The notes below the pieces were generated by a model that was not told the DNA's origin, did not search any database, and saw only the letters and a list, made by a program, of their open reading frames with translations. Below are positions 1 through 11,316 of a stretch of 64,000 nucleotides of DNA, one piece after another; within the stretch, counting starts at the first letter, position 1; the number at the start of each line of letters is the position of its first letter. This DNA comes from Candidatus Levyibacteriota bacterium. Lineage in GTDB: Bacteria > Patescibacteriota > Microgenomatia > Levybacterales > UBA12049. A program made the translations under genes and the position numbers. The stretch is taken from the NCBI GenBank assembly GCA_963790825.1, contig CAWBPM010000002.1, forward strand, positions 487,159-551,158, written 5' to 3'.

Positions 1-710
1 TGAGTGACAAAGAAAAAGGACTGGGAAAATATAAAAAATCCATAAGAGACGAGGCATCCGAACTTCTGATTCGCTTATCAGGCGGAGACGCGCGGATTCT
101 TCTCAATGCTCTCGAGATTGCCGCTACCAGTTATAAAGAAAAGAAAATTACATCCGAAATCATTAAGGAAGTTTTTCAAACCAGATCAGCCGGGCTTTAT
201 GACAAGAAAGCAGATGAACACTATAACATTATTTCTGCTTTTATTAAATCTATGCGCGGTTCTTCGGTCGATGGCGCGCTGTATTATCTCGCCCGCATGC
301 TAGAAAACGGGGAAGACCCGAAGTTTGTCGCCAGACGGATGATTATTTTCGCATCGGAAGATATAGGAATGGCTGATAGGGGAGCGTTAATCCAGGCAAA
401 TGCCGGATTTGAAGCGGTACAGAAAATCGGCATGCCGGAAGCACAGTTAATTCTTGCCCACATTGTTATTTATCTATCTCTTGCGAAAAAATCCCGCGCG
501 GTTCCAAATGCACTAGGACGGGCCAAGCAAGCAGTCTATGATTTGCCGAACGAGCCGATTCCTTTGCATCTCCGAAATGCTCCAACCAAACTAATGAAAA
601 GTTTAGGCTACGCAAAAAACTACGAATGGTCCGACTCTCACGTCGGTCCCACCGAAAACCAATCCTTTCTGCCGGAAAAGTTAAAAGACCGGAAGTTTTT
701 CGAGAGATAA
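1..710 (+). CDS. rarA: Replication-associated recombination protein A (RarA/MgsA AAA+ ATPase), 5'-partial; reading frame is open from window start (codons from nt 3) to stop at 710
   Basis: Translation from nt 3 gives ...LSGGDARILLNALEIAAT...HYNIISAFIKSMRGSSVDGALYYLARMLENGEDPKFVARRMIIFASEDIGMAD..., the conserved C-terminal MgsA/RarA helical-lid region. The ORF track reports only the internal Met (252). Confidence 0.85.
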   Translation, partial: SDKEKGLGKYKKSIRDEASELLIRLSGGDARILLNALEIAATSYKEKKITSEIIKEVFQTRSAGLYDKKADEHYNIISAFIKSMRGSSVDGALYYLARMLENGEDPKFVARRMIIFASEDIGMADRGALIQANAGFEAVQKIGMPEAQLILAHIVIYLSLAKKSRAVPNALGRAKQAVYDLPNEPIPLHLRNAPTKLMKSLGYAKNYEWSDSHVGPTENQSFLPEKLKDRKFFER

Positions 711-882
711 TGGGGAAATAATGAATTCAATTGATTTAACTGCTTTCTTAATACAGACAATAGGATAATACATACCCAGTTCACCATTTTATCTTTATAA
801 ATAATATGATCGCAAGTTTTTTTTCACGTTATTTATTCTCCTTTGACTATCCAGATGTAAATATTTCATAAGTCTCCCATCT

Positions 883-925
883 ACGCTTCGGCGTCTTCCG
901 TTCCGAAGCATAGTCAGAGATTATA
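883..925. repeat. Copy 1 of a ~38-nt direct repeat (GGCGTCTTCCGTTCCGAAGCATAGTCAGAGATTA) containing the hairpin GCTTCGG-N11-CCGAAGC
   Basis: Seen in sequence. Second degenerate copy lies at 1405-1445. The hairpin 170 nt after the rarA stop could act as a terminator. Confidence 0.5.
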
Positions 926-939
926 AGATAGGTAAACTA

Positions 940-1278
940 TTATAAGATATACTTATCTACAAACCTCGTTATTTTCCTGTTTAGCCTCTGCCCCCGTGTG
1001 AGCTTGTACTCTTTACGTAGGTAGTAGAGTATTTCGTCTCTCTTCCGGTATTCTGTCTCAATCGCTTCCGACTTAGGCTCGGTATAAGGCTGTATACCCT
1101 GCTCTACATCAATCTGAACCGGCTTAATCTCTTTCCATTCTGTCAGCTCTTCCTTCTGAACCGGCTCTACCTCATTCCAGATCGGGCAAGGTGTTTGTAT
1201 CGGGCAAGGTAGCATTTCATCCTGTCCCTGCCAGGGCATGATTTTGTATCTTTGTCCGTTTATAAATACCTCTTTCAT
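940..1278 (-). CDS. Hypothetical small protein (112 aa) with a duplicated LPCPIQTPCPI motif, orphan
   Basis: ORF with a GGCGGTGAGAT-ATG SD-like sequence. No recognisable domain. Flanked by two copies of a ~38-nt repeat. Confidence 0.4.
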   Translation of the reverse strand: MKEVFINGQRYKIMPWQGQDEMLPCPIQTPCPIWNEVEPVQKEELTEWKEIKPVQIDVEQGIQPYTEPKSEAIETEYRKRDEILYYLRKEYKLTRGQRLNRKITRFVDKYIL

Positions 1279-1404
1279 ATCTCACCGCCTTTATGTCCTG
1301 TAGCATATCATATTAATTCATTTTGTCAAGTACGTATTATCCTTATAATTTTTTGCTACTTACACAAGAAACCTTTTTTGACCCTTCTTTATAGTCTCTC
1401 ATAT

Positions 1405-1445
1405 ACACTCTGGCGTTTTCCGTTTCGAGCATAGTCAAAGACTTA
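1405..1445. repeat. Copy 2 of the ~38-nt direct repeat (GGCGTTTTCCGTTTCGAGCATAGTCAAAGACTTA), hairpin partly deleted
   Basis: About 30/35 identity to copy 1, same orientation, on the other side of the orphan ORF 940-1278. Confidence 0.5.
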
Positions 1446-1618
1446 CCATAGCCAATAGATAAGTCTACGCCAGATGTAACTACCTACCTCTTAACAACTC
1501 CAATTTCCCTGTGCTTCTTTAACCTATAGTCTTATATAGGACAGGTGGGTAGTTTCCTTAACTTGTTCGTTAACTTGATAGGTTGAAATTATCGTTGAAT
1601 TCTGCAATAATAGGGTAA

Positions 1619-3568
<1,950 letters not shown>

Positions 3569-3570
3569 TG

Positions 3571-3636
3571 AATTTAGAATCTAGAATTCAGAATTTAATT
3601 ATGAATTTTAAACTCTGAATTCTAAATTATATTTTA
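3571..3636 (+). terminator. Imperfect long inverted repeat (AATTTAGAAT[CTAG]AATTCAG ... CTGAATTCTAAATT) followed by an A/T tract; putative gyrB terminator or attenuator before ppa
   Basis: Seen in sequence. 14-nt arms with a 23-nt loop, then ATATTTT. Confidence 0.3.
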
Positions 3637-3652
3637 AAGGAGGTGAAACATT

Positions 3653-4174
3653 ATGAATATCAGTAAAGTTTCAGCCGGAAAAGACGTAAAAAACGGGTTG
3701 GTCAATGTTTTTATTGAGATTCCGAAAGACGGTAATATTAAATACGAACTGGATAAAGAGACCGGGGTTATTTTTGTTGACAGATTTCTTTATACTGCAA
3801 TGAATTATCCTTTTAATTATGGATTTGTTCCCAATACTTTAGCAGAAGACGGTGATCCGATTGATGTTTTAGTCTTAAGTGAACAAGCAGTTGTACCTGG
3901 AGTTGTTATTCCGTCTCAAGTTATCGGCATGCTCGAAATGGAGGATGAAGAAGGAATTGACACTAAGATATTGGCAGTTCCGAGTAAAAAAGTAGATCCG
4001 CTTTTCGGCGCGTATTCAGATATAGCCGATGTTCCTGACGCAATTAAGAATAAACTTCGCCATTTTTTTGAGAATTATAAGACATTGGAGCCCGGAAAAT
4101 GGGTAAAATTGAAAGAGTGGAAAGATAAGAAAACAGCCTTGAAAGCTGTAGAGAAGTCAATTAGGAATAAATAA
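3653..4174 (+). CDS. ppa: Inorganic pyrophosphatase (family I)
   Basis: 173 aa. Motifs [21 protein letters not shown] and [10 protein letters not shown]. Strong SD AAAGGAGGTG 7 nt upstream. Confidence 0.93.
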   Translation: MNISKVSAGKDVKNGLVNVFIEIPKDGNIKYELDKETGVIFVDRFLYTAMNYPFNYGFVPNTLAEDGDPIDVLVLSEQAVVPGVVIPSQVIGMLEMEDEEGIDTKILAVPSKKVDPLFGAYSDIADVPDAIKNKLRHFFENYKTLEPGKWVKLKEWKDKKTALKAVEKSIRNK

Positions 4175-4182
4175 TTAATTTC

Positions 4183-4275
4183 TAATGTCTAATTGATCTA
4201 ATCAAATCCTAATTAGTAAATAGCTAATGGGTTTTAATATTTATTAGTAATTAGGTTAATTAGAAATTTTTAATT
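4183..4275. repeat. AT-rich intergenic array of CTAATTG / CTAATT(A) short repeats with ~8-9 bp period (family also at 43040-43125 and 50810-50905)
   Basis: Sequence TCTAATGTCTAATTGATCTAATCAAATCCTAATTAGTAAATAGCTAATG...TAATTAGGTTAATTAG. Confidence 0.5.
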
Positions 4276-6837
4276 ATGGATATAGGAGAATTAAAACAAG
4301 CAAATATTTCCCTGGAGATGAAAAAAGCGTATCTCAACTACGCCATGTCTGTTATCGTTGCCCGTGCTCTTCCCGATGTCCGCGACGGACTGAAGCCGGT
4401 TCACAGAAGAATTCTTTTCGCAATGCATGAGCTTGGTCTTACTCATGCGGCGAAATTTTCTAAAAGCGCGAAGATCGTCGGAGAAGTCATGGGTAAATAT
4501 CATCCGCATGGAGATGTTCCGATTTATGACGCACTGGTCCGATTGGCACAGGATTTTGCGATGCGCTACCCAATCATTCAGGGACAAGGAAATTTCGGTT
4601 CAATTGACGGCGATCCTCCGGCTGCAATGCGTTATACCGAGGCGAGAATGGCGGCAATTGCCGCGGAAATGCTGACGGACTTAGATAAAGAAACCGTGGA
4701 ATTTATTCCGAATTTTGACGGGAGTGAGGATGAACCTGTTTATCTGCCGGCAAAACTGCCGAACCTTCTTCTTATGGGATCTGAGGGTATTGCCGTCGGC
4801 ATGGCAACCAAAATCCCACCCCACAATCTCGGAGAAGTAATCGACGCGATCATTTATATGATTGGGAAGATTACTTTCGCCGGACTAAAGACGGGAAACG
4901 GACAGATACAAACTCCTGCTGTCTTAAAAGGAACTGTTGTTGAGTCAGCTAAGATAGGCCCCAAAGTGACACTTACCAGTAACGTTTCTATCGATGAACT
5001 TTTGGAATTTATTAAAGGCCCTGATTTTCCGACAGCCGGAAGTATCTTCGACATTACCGAGATTAAAAACGCGTATTATACAGGACGCGGGAAAGTTCTC
5101 ATCCGGGGAAGGGCAGAAATTGAAGATATCGGAAACGGTAAATCAGCAATCATCATTACCGAGCTTCCTTACCAGGTGAATAAAGCGCTGCTGGTTGCGA
5201 AAATTGCCGATCTGGCCAAAGAGAAAAAAATAGAAGGTATTTCAGATCTTCGGGACGAATCTGATAGACGCGGACTTCGGATTTATGTCGAGTTGAAACG
5301 CGACGCAACGCCAAAAAAGATTTTGAACAATCTCTATAAACATACCGCGCTGCAAACCAGTTTTCCGGTTAATATGGTTGCTCTGGTTGACGGCACTCCG
5401 CAAACACTTAATTTGAAAATTATTCTTGAAGAATATTTAAAACACCGTTATATCGTTATCAGACGCCGGTCGGAATTCGAACTTCGGCAAGCGAAAGCCA
5501 GACTGCATATTCTTGAAGGATTAAAAATTGCGGTTGATCACATTGATGCCGTTATTCGGACGATTCGCGAATCGGCTACCCAGGAAGATGCGAAGAAAAA
5601 TTTAATGCAGAAATTTGATTTGTCTGAAATTCAGGCAGTTGCGATTTTGGACATGCAACTGAGGCGTCTGGCAGCACTGGAAAGGCAAAAGATTGAGGAT
5701 GAGCTACAATTGGTCAAAGAGACTATCGAGTACCTGGAGGATCTTCTGACGCATCCTGAAAAGATACTCCATGTCGTAAAAGACGAGCTTGAAAATTTGA
5801 AAAGTAAATACGCCGATCCGCGTCGTACTAGGGTTTTCAAAAGTAAAGTCGGCGAGTTCTCCGAAGAGGATTTGATACCGAATGAATCGACTGTTATTAC
5901 CTTAACTAACACCGGCTATATCAAGAGGCAATCGCTTAATAGTTTCCAGTTGCAAAACAGGGGAGGGAAAGGGATTACCGGCATGAAAATGAAAGAGGAA
6001 GATGCTATCGCTCATATCCGTCATGCCCAAACGCATGACAATCTACTCTTTTTCACCAACAAGGGAAAGGCGTATCAACTGAAAGCGTATGAAATTGCAG
6101 AAAGCAGCAGAATCAGTAAGGGATCGGCGGTAATTAATCTGCTTAATATCGAATCCGGAGAAAAAGTGGAATCATTTATCAGCTACACGAAGGCAAGTCG
6201 TGGAACATATGTTTTTTTAACGACAAAAAACGGTACGGTGAAGAAATCTGCGCTGTCGGAATTTGAAAATATCAGGAGAAACGGCATTGCCGCAATTAAA
6301 TTGGATAAAGACGACGAGCTTGTTTGGAGTAAATTGACTGACGGCCAGAACGATATTATGCTCGTGACCAGAAATGGTCAGGCAATCAGATTCGGAGAAA
6401 GTTCTGTGAGACCTATGGGAAGAGCAACTATGGGAGTTCGGGGAGTAAGACTACAAAAAGATGATAAGGTAATCAGTATGGATATTATTTCAAAGACCGA
6501 GAAATTGGATCTCCTTACCATTATGGAAAACGGTCTCGGCAAAAAAACAGCAATTGATCTTTTCCGTGGTCAAAGCAGGGGAGGAATGGGAATTCATGTC
6601 GCTAAAGTAACCGATAAAACAGGAAAAGTCGTTGTATCGCAAGTTGTTCCCAAAACTGCAGAAGAAGTCATTATAACTTCCAAGAGGGGACAAGTTGTAA
6701 AACTGGCAATTACTTCTGTTCCTAAACTTAGCCGTGATACCCAAGGCGTCATCTTAATGAGATTTTCAAATCCAAATGATAAAGTCGCCTCCGCCACCTG
6801 CATCGAAAAAGGAGCTGAACTCGAGAAGAAAATGTAG
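4276..6837 (+). CDS. gyrA: DNA gyrase subunit A
   Basis: 853 aa. Motifs [43 protein letters not shown], and C-terminal beta-pinwheel repeats. Confidence 0.97.
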   Translation: MDIGELKQANISLEMKKAYLNYAMSVIVARALPDVRDGLKPVHRRILFAMHELGLTHAAKFSKSAKIVGEVMGKYHPHGDVPIYDALVRLAQDFAMRYPIIQGQGNFGSIDGDPPAAMRYTEARMAAIAAEMLTDLDKETVEFIPNFDGSEDEPVYLPAKLPNLLLMGSEGIAVGMATKIPPHNLGEVIDAIIYMIGKITFAGLKTGNGQIQTPAVLKGTVVESAKIGPKVTLTSNVSIDELLEFIKGPDFPTAGSIFDITEIKNAYYTGRGKVLIRGRAEIEDIGNGKSAIIITELPYQVNKALLVAKIADLAKEKKIEGISDLRDESDRRGLRIYVELKRDATPKKILNNLYKHTALQTSFPVNMVALVDGTPQTLNLKIILEEYLKHRYIVIRRRSEFELRQAKARLHILEGLKIAVDHIDAVIRTIRESATQEDAKKNLMQKFDLSEIQAVAILDMQLRRLAALERQKIEDELQLVKETIEYLEDLLTHPEKILHVVKDELENLKSKYADPRRTRVFKSKVGEFSEEDLIPNESTVITLTNTGYIKRQSLNSFQLQNRGGKGITGMKMKEEDAIAHIRHAQTHDNLLFFTNKGKAYQLKAYEIAESSRISKGSAVINLLNIESGEKVESFISYTKASRGTYVFLTTKNGTVKKSALSEFENIRRNGIAAIKLDKDDELVWSKLTDGQNDIMLVTRNGQAIRFGESSVRPMGRATMGVRGVRLQKDDKVISMDIISKTEKLDLLTIMENGLGKKTAIDLFRGQSRGGMGIHVAKVTDKTGKVVVSQVVPKTAEEVIITSKRGQVVKLAITSVPKLSRDTQGVILMRFSNPNDKVASATCIEKGAELEKKM

Positions 6838-6889
6838 CTAAGGGGTCTTGAAGTTTTACATATATAGGTAATATTAATATAATTAATTT

Positions 6890-8377
6890 ATGCCAGAATT
6901 AGGTTCGGGAGAATCAGCCGAAAAAACTGCTGTTCCATATGCAGATTTAGTTACGCCTATTGATAAGGCTACTATTACAGACGTAGCTCACGCAGGATTT
7001 ACAACAATAGAATCTCGTTTAGAAGATTGCAGAGTTCCGCTTCTAAGACCAGGCTTTCGAGACGAAGTTCAGAGAGCGCAGGAGGCAAAAGTTAGAGATG
7101 GTACTCCAAACGATATTTTAAGGGTAGATGCTCAATATAGAGGACATGTTGATGCATATGAATTTTCTTTAAGTGAATTAGGACAAGGAGGGACACCGAT
7201 TAGTAGTGATGCACATAGGAGAGCATGGATTCGCGCAGGAAGTCCTAATACTGTTAAGCTTCCTCCAAATCCCAAAGACCACATAGATGTTGCAGGCTTT
7301 GAAAGAGCCAGTAAGCAAGGCCTAGGGAGAATTGCAACTGCGCTTGAAGACTCATTAGTTTCTTCTCGTGATCTTACACTTCTGGAAAAGAAAGCAGTAG
7401 ATCCTACTACAGTTTCAGATGAAGAGCTAGGAAGACGAAAAGCTGAAGGAGAGGAAAAAAGTTATAGAGTAGTATTGGAAACGTTTGGACAATGGGAACT
7501 TATTCAAGCCGCTGATGAAAGAGCAACAAAAAGAATCATCGCAGCTACACCTTCTGAAGCGACGTTAGCTAAAATTAGGGCCGGACACGAACATAAATTC
7601 TTAGATTCTCGAAAACCAGCAGTAGTCGAAGACAGAAAAGGAATGGAATCCTCCTTAGCAGGTGTACGATCAAAACTTGCAGAAGAAACTCGATCAGATG
7701 GTTCAACGGCTGAAGAAGTAGAAAAAACCGATGAGAAGACCCTTGCATATAGCAACGCTTTGCAAAAAAGTATTGACTCGCATGGTGGAATTGAAAAATT
7801 TATGGGGGTAAGCGTATATAGGGCAATATTAGAACTTGAACGACACCTGGAAGATAATTTAACAACACTTCATAGACCAGAATTTCGAAGTAAATTAAGG
7901 GAAGCTATGCAAGCAAGAAGAGAAGGAAAAATAGTTGGTAATATGCCATTATTAGATGCAAGCCTCAGAGGAGAAGTTAACGCTTATGAAGTAACATTAC
8001 GCAACCTCGGACAACTTGCTGTCATTGAGGATGCTCGAAGCAGAGCAAAGAGTAGAATTGTAGCCACTGACGACTTAGAGTTACCTTCATATGGAAAGGG
8101 AAGCATAGATATTGCATCGCTTAAAGACAGATATGTTAAAAGATTTGTGGGCATTGCAAGAGATTTTGAGGGCGCATTAGCTTATGCCAGAGATCCTGTA
8201 CGAGTAGAAGAATCCATGCGTAATTCTACATCAACCTCAGACGAAGCACTTATTAGGATGCGTGAAGAAGGAAGATGTAAAGGATATAATAAAATTATTG
8301 AGGAATTCTCATTGGGTTATCTTGGAAGTGCTGTATCAGACGTAATAGCAAAAAGATTTACAAAGCCCACAGAATAG
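6890..8377 (+). CDS. Hypothetical 495-aa charged protein with an internal two-fold repeat; no recognisable domain
   Basis: Long ORF. Repeated module DAQYRGHVDAYEFSLSELGQ / DASLRGEVNAYEVTLRNLGQ. Confidence 0.6.
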   Translation: MPELGSGESAEKTAVPYADLVTPIDKATITDVAHAGFTTIESRLEDCRVPLLRPGFRDEVQRAQEAKVRDGTPNDILRVDAQYRGHVDAYEFSLSELGQGGTPISSDAHRRAWIRAGSPNTVKLPPNPKDHIDVAGFERASKQGLGRIATALEDSLVSSRDLTLLEKKAVDPTTVSDEELGRRKAEGEEKSYRVVLETFGQWELIQAADERATKRIIAATPSEATLAKIRAGHEHKFLDSRKPAVVEDRKGMESSLAGVRSKLAEETRSDGSTAEEVEKTDEKTLAYSNALQKSIDSHGGIEKFMGVSVYRAILELERHLEDNLTTLHRPEFRSKLREAMQARREGKIVGNMPLLDASLRGEVNAYEVTLRNLGQLAVIEDARSRAKSRIVATDDLELPSYGKGSIDIASLKDRYVKRFVGIARDFEGALAYARDPVRVEESMRNSTSTSDEALIRMREEGRCKGYNKIIEEFSLGYLGSAVSDVIAKRFTKPTE

Positions 8378-8549
8378 TTAATTTTAGAGAAAATATTGAT
8401 TTATTATCATACATAAGTTTTAACTATTTAACCCCCGATGGAAAATATTTTATTAAACATTACACTGAAGAATAAGTAGTTATTTAATTTTGCTAAGCTT
8501 TTATTTCACACTGTAATTAATCCCGATAATATGGTATCCTTCATATATT

Positions 8550-8885
8550 ATGGCTGGAAATGATGATTCTATAGAAGAAACACCACCATCTACTTCGCAA
8601 ACGATGACGCTTCAGAAAGCAGTTGATTTGGGCGAGTATGATCCTAAATACTTAGCTGGCTTTCCGGAATGGCATAATTTTAGTAAACATATTCAGTTTC
8701 AATATATAAAAAAGGCTTTAGAAAATAGACATAGACAATTAATTCTACAATATACAGAACTTAACAATGTTTTAGACCTAAGAAATAAACCTGAAGTTTG
8801 GGAAGCGATTAAAAATGTTGAAAAGCAGTTGCATCATTTGTTGGAAGAAAAAGAGAGACTGTTCATTGAATATTCAAATGCTTGA
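8550..8885 (+). CDS. Hypothetical protein (111 aa), first gene of an AT-rich overlapping three-gene cluster
   Basis: ORF. Stop is 3 nt before the next start. Confidence 0.45.
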   Translation: MAGNDDSIEETPPSTSQTMTLQKAVDLGEYDPKYLAGFPEWHNFSKHIQFQYIKKALENRHRQLILQYTELNNVLDLRNKPEVWEAIKNVEKQLHHLLEEKERLFIEYSNA

Positions 8886-8888
8886 AAT

Positions 8889-9410
8889 ATGTCTTTATCT
8901 TCGACTTCGAATACAATAAATGCCCTGGGAATATTTGGAAGACTAATGCCGCAACAGGAGAAGTATCTCCATGAATTAGAAGTAAGGTTTAGTAAAAGAC
9001 CAGAAAATGATGAGGCGAATGGTATATTCAATCACTTATCCTTAGTTATTAATAACAATGTACCTATAGGTAATATGCCTCTTTATATAGATTTATTGAA
9101 AGAACTAAAATCTTATTTACCTTTGAGAATTAAGACTTCGGGTGTAATTGTAAAAGAAGATAAACATCTTGCGTTGTCTTTCGAAACCACACAGACGCAA
9201 CAGATTAGAGATTTGGCAAGTAAATATTTTAATGAAGGAGTTGTGATAACACACTACACAAAAGTTGTGTGGTTTGTACCAAAAGAAAACCAAGAAAAAG
9301 TAACAAAAGAACTAAAAAATATAAAAGAAATGGTATTTTACGATTTTATATTAGTAGCAAATAGACAAAACGATGATAATACAGTCTATTCATCAAATCG
9401 ATACCAATGA
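8889..9410 (+). CDS. Hypothetical protein (173 aa)
   Basis: ORF. ATGA overlap with the downstream methyltransferase gene. Confidence 0.45.
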   Translation: MSLSSTSNTINALGIFGRLMPQQEKYLHELEVRFSKRPENDEANGIFNHLSLVINNNVPIGNMPLYIDLLKELKSYLPLRIKTSGVIVKEDKHLALSFETTQTQQIRDLASKYFNEGVVITHYTKVVWFVPKENQEKVTKELKNIKEMVFYDFILVANRQNDDNTVYSSNRYQ

Positions 9411-9988
9411 CATTATCTGCTTATCATCAAAAATATGCCAATCAATCCGACGAAGAGCTAGAGCGCCGGGTTAAAGTCAAAGAAGAAGAACTACGAACGA
9501 TATTTGAAAAAGTAAAATTGCAAACAGACGGTGAAACTGTCAGAGTAGCGGTTTTGGGCTGTGGAGATAAAAGATTCGTCAAAGCGCATAAAAAGCTATT
9601 TGAACAATTTACAAAAAAGTCGGTTGAATTAACAACATTTGATATTACGATTGAGCATTTGCAAGGAGAAGAAAACGTTATTCAGCATGACTGCACGCTA
9701 CCCCTACTAAACCCGCCCTATGACATAACCTTTGCACATGTTTTATTAAAGTTTATTGAGACAGACAAACAATTGGGTGTCATTAAAAATTCTTACAACT
9801 CTCTAAAACCCGGTGGTTTTGCAATTCATATCATGGATAATGAGGAAATCGAAACAAAAGAAAAAATATTACCAAGCGGTCAATATGCCGTCCCTTTGCA
9901 AAGATGGAAAGAATTACTAAATCAAGAAGGAATTACATTTTCAGAAATACCGCTGAAATACGGCATTGCAATTGTTGTGATTAAATGA
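9407..9988 (+). CDS. Minimal SAM-dependent amino-methyltransferase with NPPY motif (gamma-type N6-adenine / HemK2-Mtq2-like fold), 193 aa
   Basis: Motif I VAVLGCGDKRF at ~aa 48, acidic beta2 end TTFDIT, motif IV TLPLLNPPYD at ~aa 103, LKPGGFAI after it. No target-recognition domain is evident. Confidence 0.55.
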   Translation: MTLSAYHQKYANQSDEELERRVKVKEEELRTIFEKVKLQTDGETVRVAVLGCGDKRFVKAHKKLFEQFTKKSVELTTFDITIEHLQGEENVIQHDCTLPLLNPPYDITFAHVLLKFIETDKQLGVIKNSYNSLKPGGFAIHIMDNEEIETKEKILPSGQYAVPLQRWKELLNQEGITFSEIPLKYGIAIVVIK

Positions 9989-10037
9989 TTGTAAAAAAGC
10001 AATTGACTTTTGCCTCTTATGGATTTAATATGATGAT

Positions 10038-10298
10038 ATGAAAGTTAAGAGTGATCCTCAAGATTTAGTAACAAAAATCCATCTCGATATTAAATTGGGT
10101 GGACTAAAAATTGAATTGGGAGACACAATGAAAAAATATAGAAACGACGTGTTAAATAGCTTAGATAAAGTAGTAAAGGAACTAGAAGCTGCAAGAGAGG
10201 ATAGAATTATTTCAAATCACAAATTAGATCAAATACAGGAAATCGTGCAAGAGCAAGGATCGCGGTTATCTGACTTAGAACAGCAGCAAATTAATTAA
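10038..10298 (+). CDS. Hypothetical small coiled-coil protein (86 aa)
   Basis: ORF preceded by TTGACT-N17-TAATAT at 10003-10031. Start would be near leaderless. Confidence 0.4.
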   Translation: MKVKSDPQDLVTKIHLDIKLGGLKIELGDTMKKYRNDVLNSLDKVVKELEAAREDRIISNHKLDQIQEIVQEQGSRLSDLEQQQIN

Positions 10299-10361
10299 AA
10301 GCAGGGAAGAGAGTTACTAAGCCTCATTTCAACTTACTCCCAATTACGCTATAATAATTTC

Positions 10362-11216
10362 ATGAAAGTTGACGGGCGAGTTATTGCCGAAAAGATTTAT
10401 GATGAATTAAAGCTTAAAGTAGTTAGCTTACAAGGCAAAGGAATTTCCCCGAAACTCGCGGTTATAATGGTTGGAGAAAACACGGGATCTCTTACATATA
10501 TTAAGCAGAAGCAAAAGTTTGCTGAGTATATCGGCGCGGAAGTGCAGGTTTTTCGCTATAAAACAGACGTAAAAGAACAAATAATTTTAAATGCAATTGG
10601 AGAACTGAATAAAGATAACTTGGTTCAGGGAATTATCGTCCAACTTCCGCTTCCTGATCACATGCATGAGGAAACAATAGTTCGGGCAGTTAATCCCAAA
10701 AAAGATATTGATGGATTTCATAAAAATTCTCCATTTACTGTTCCTATTGTTAAAGCAGTTATAAGGGTTCTTGAAGAAATACAAAAGATCGATGTTCCTT
10801 CGGAAGAATTTCTCATTTGGTTAAAGACTAAACAAATTGTCGTGATCGGAAAAGGGAAGACCGCAGGCGGTCCATTGATTAGTTATCTGCAAAAACAAAA
10901 AGTTTCCTGTGTTGTTATTGATCAAAAAACAAACAATCCTGAAAAAATAATGAGGGAAGCTGACATTATCCTCTCTGCTGTTGGGAAATCGAATGTAGTA
11001 AAGTCAACAAATATTAAAAAAGGTGTGATACTGATTGGGGTGGGGCTTGATAGGGGAGAGGATAAAAAACTCCATGGCGACTACGTCGAAAAAGAAATAG
11101 AACCCATTGCTTCATTTTATACACCAACACCCGGCGGCATCGGACCGGTCAATGTTGCGTGTTTACTGCAAAATCTGGTAATCGCGGCGAAAAACCAAAC
11201 AGATAAAAATAATTAG
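10362..11216 (+). CDS. folD: Bifunctional methylenetetrahydrofolate dehydrogenase / methenyl-THF cyclohydrolase
   Basis: Motifs LAVIMVGEN..SLTYIKQKQK, GIIVQLPLP, DIDGFH, PTPGGIGPVNVACLLQN. Confidence 0.93.
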   Translation: MKVDGRVIAEKIYDELKLKVVSLQGKGISPKLAVIMVGENTGSLTYIKQKQKFAEYIGAEVQVFRYKTDVKEQIILNAIGELNKDNLVQGIIVQLPLPDHMHEETIVRAVNPKKDIDGFHKNSPFTVPIVKAVIRVLEEIQKIDVPSEEFLIWLKTKQIVVIGKGKTAGGPLISYLQKQKVSCVVIDQKTNNPEKIMREADIILSAVGKSNVVKSTNIKKGVILIGVGLDRGEDKKLHGDYVEKEIEPIASFYTPTPGGIGPVNVACLLQNLVIAAKNQTDKNN

Positions 11217-11316
11217 ATGAATAAGTCTATTTTGAATTCTTACTGGACTCTTACTCGATTTTTATAGTATTATAGTTGTTGAGTTAGATAATAGACGAGA
11301 AAGGGAGGTGATTAGA

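Noticed and set aside
710-940. DnaA boxes / oriC next to gyrB
   Set aside because: Only 6-7/9 matches (TTATCCTAT, CTATCCAGA) and dnaA/dnaN are not adjacent, so origin function cannot be supported from sequence alone.
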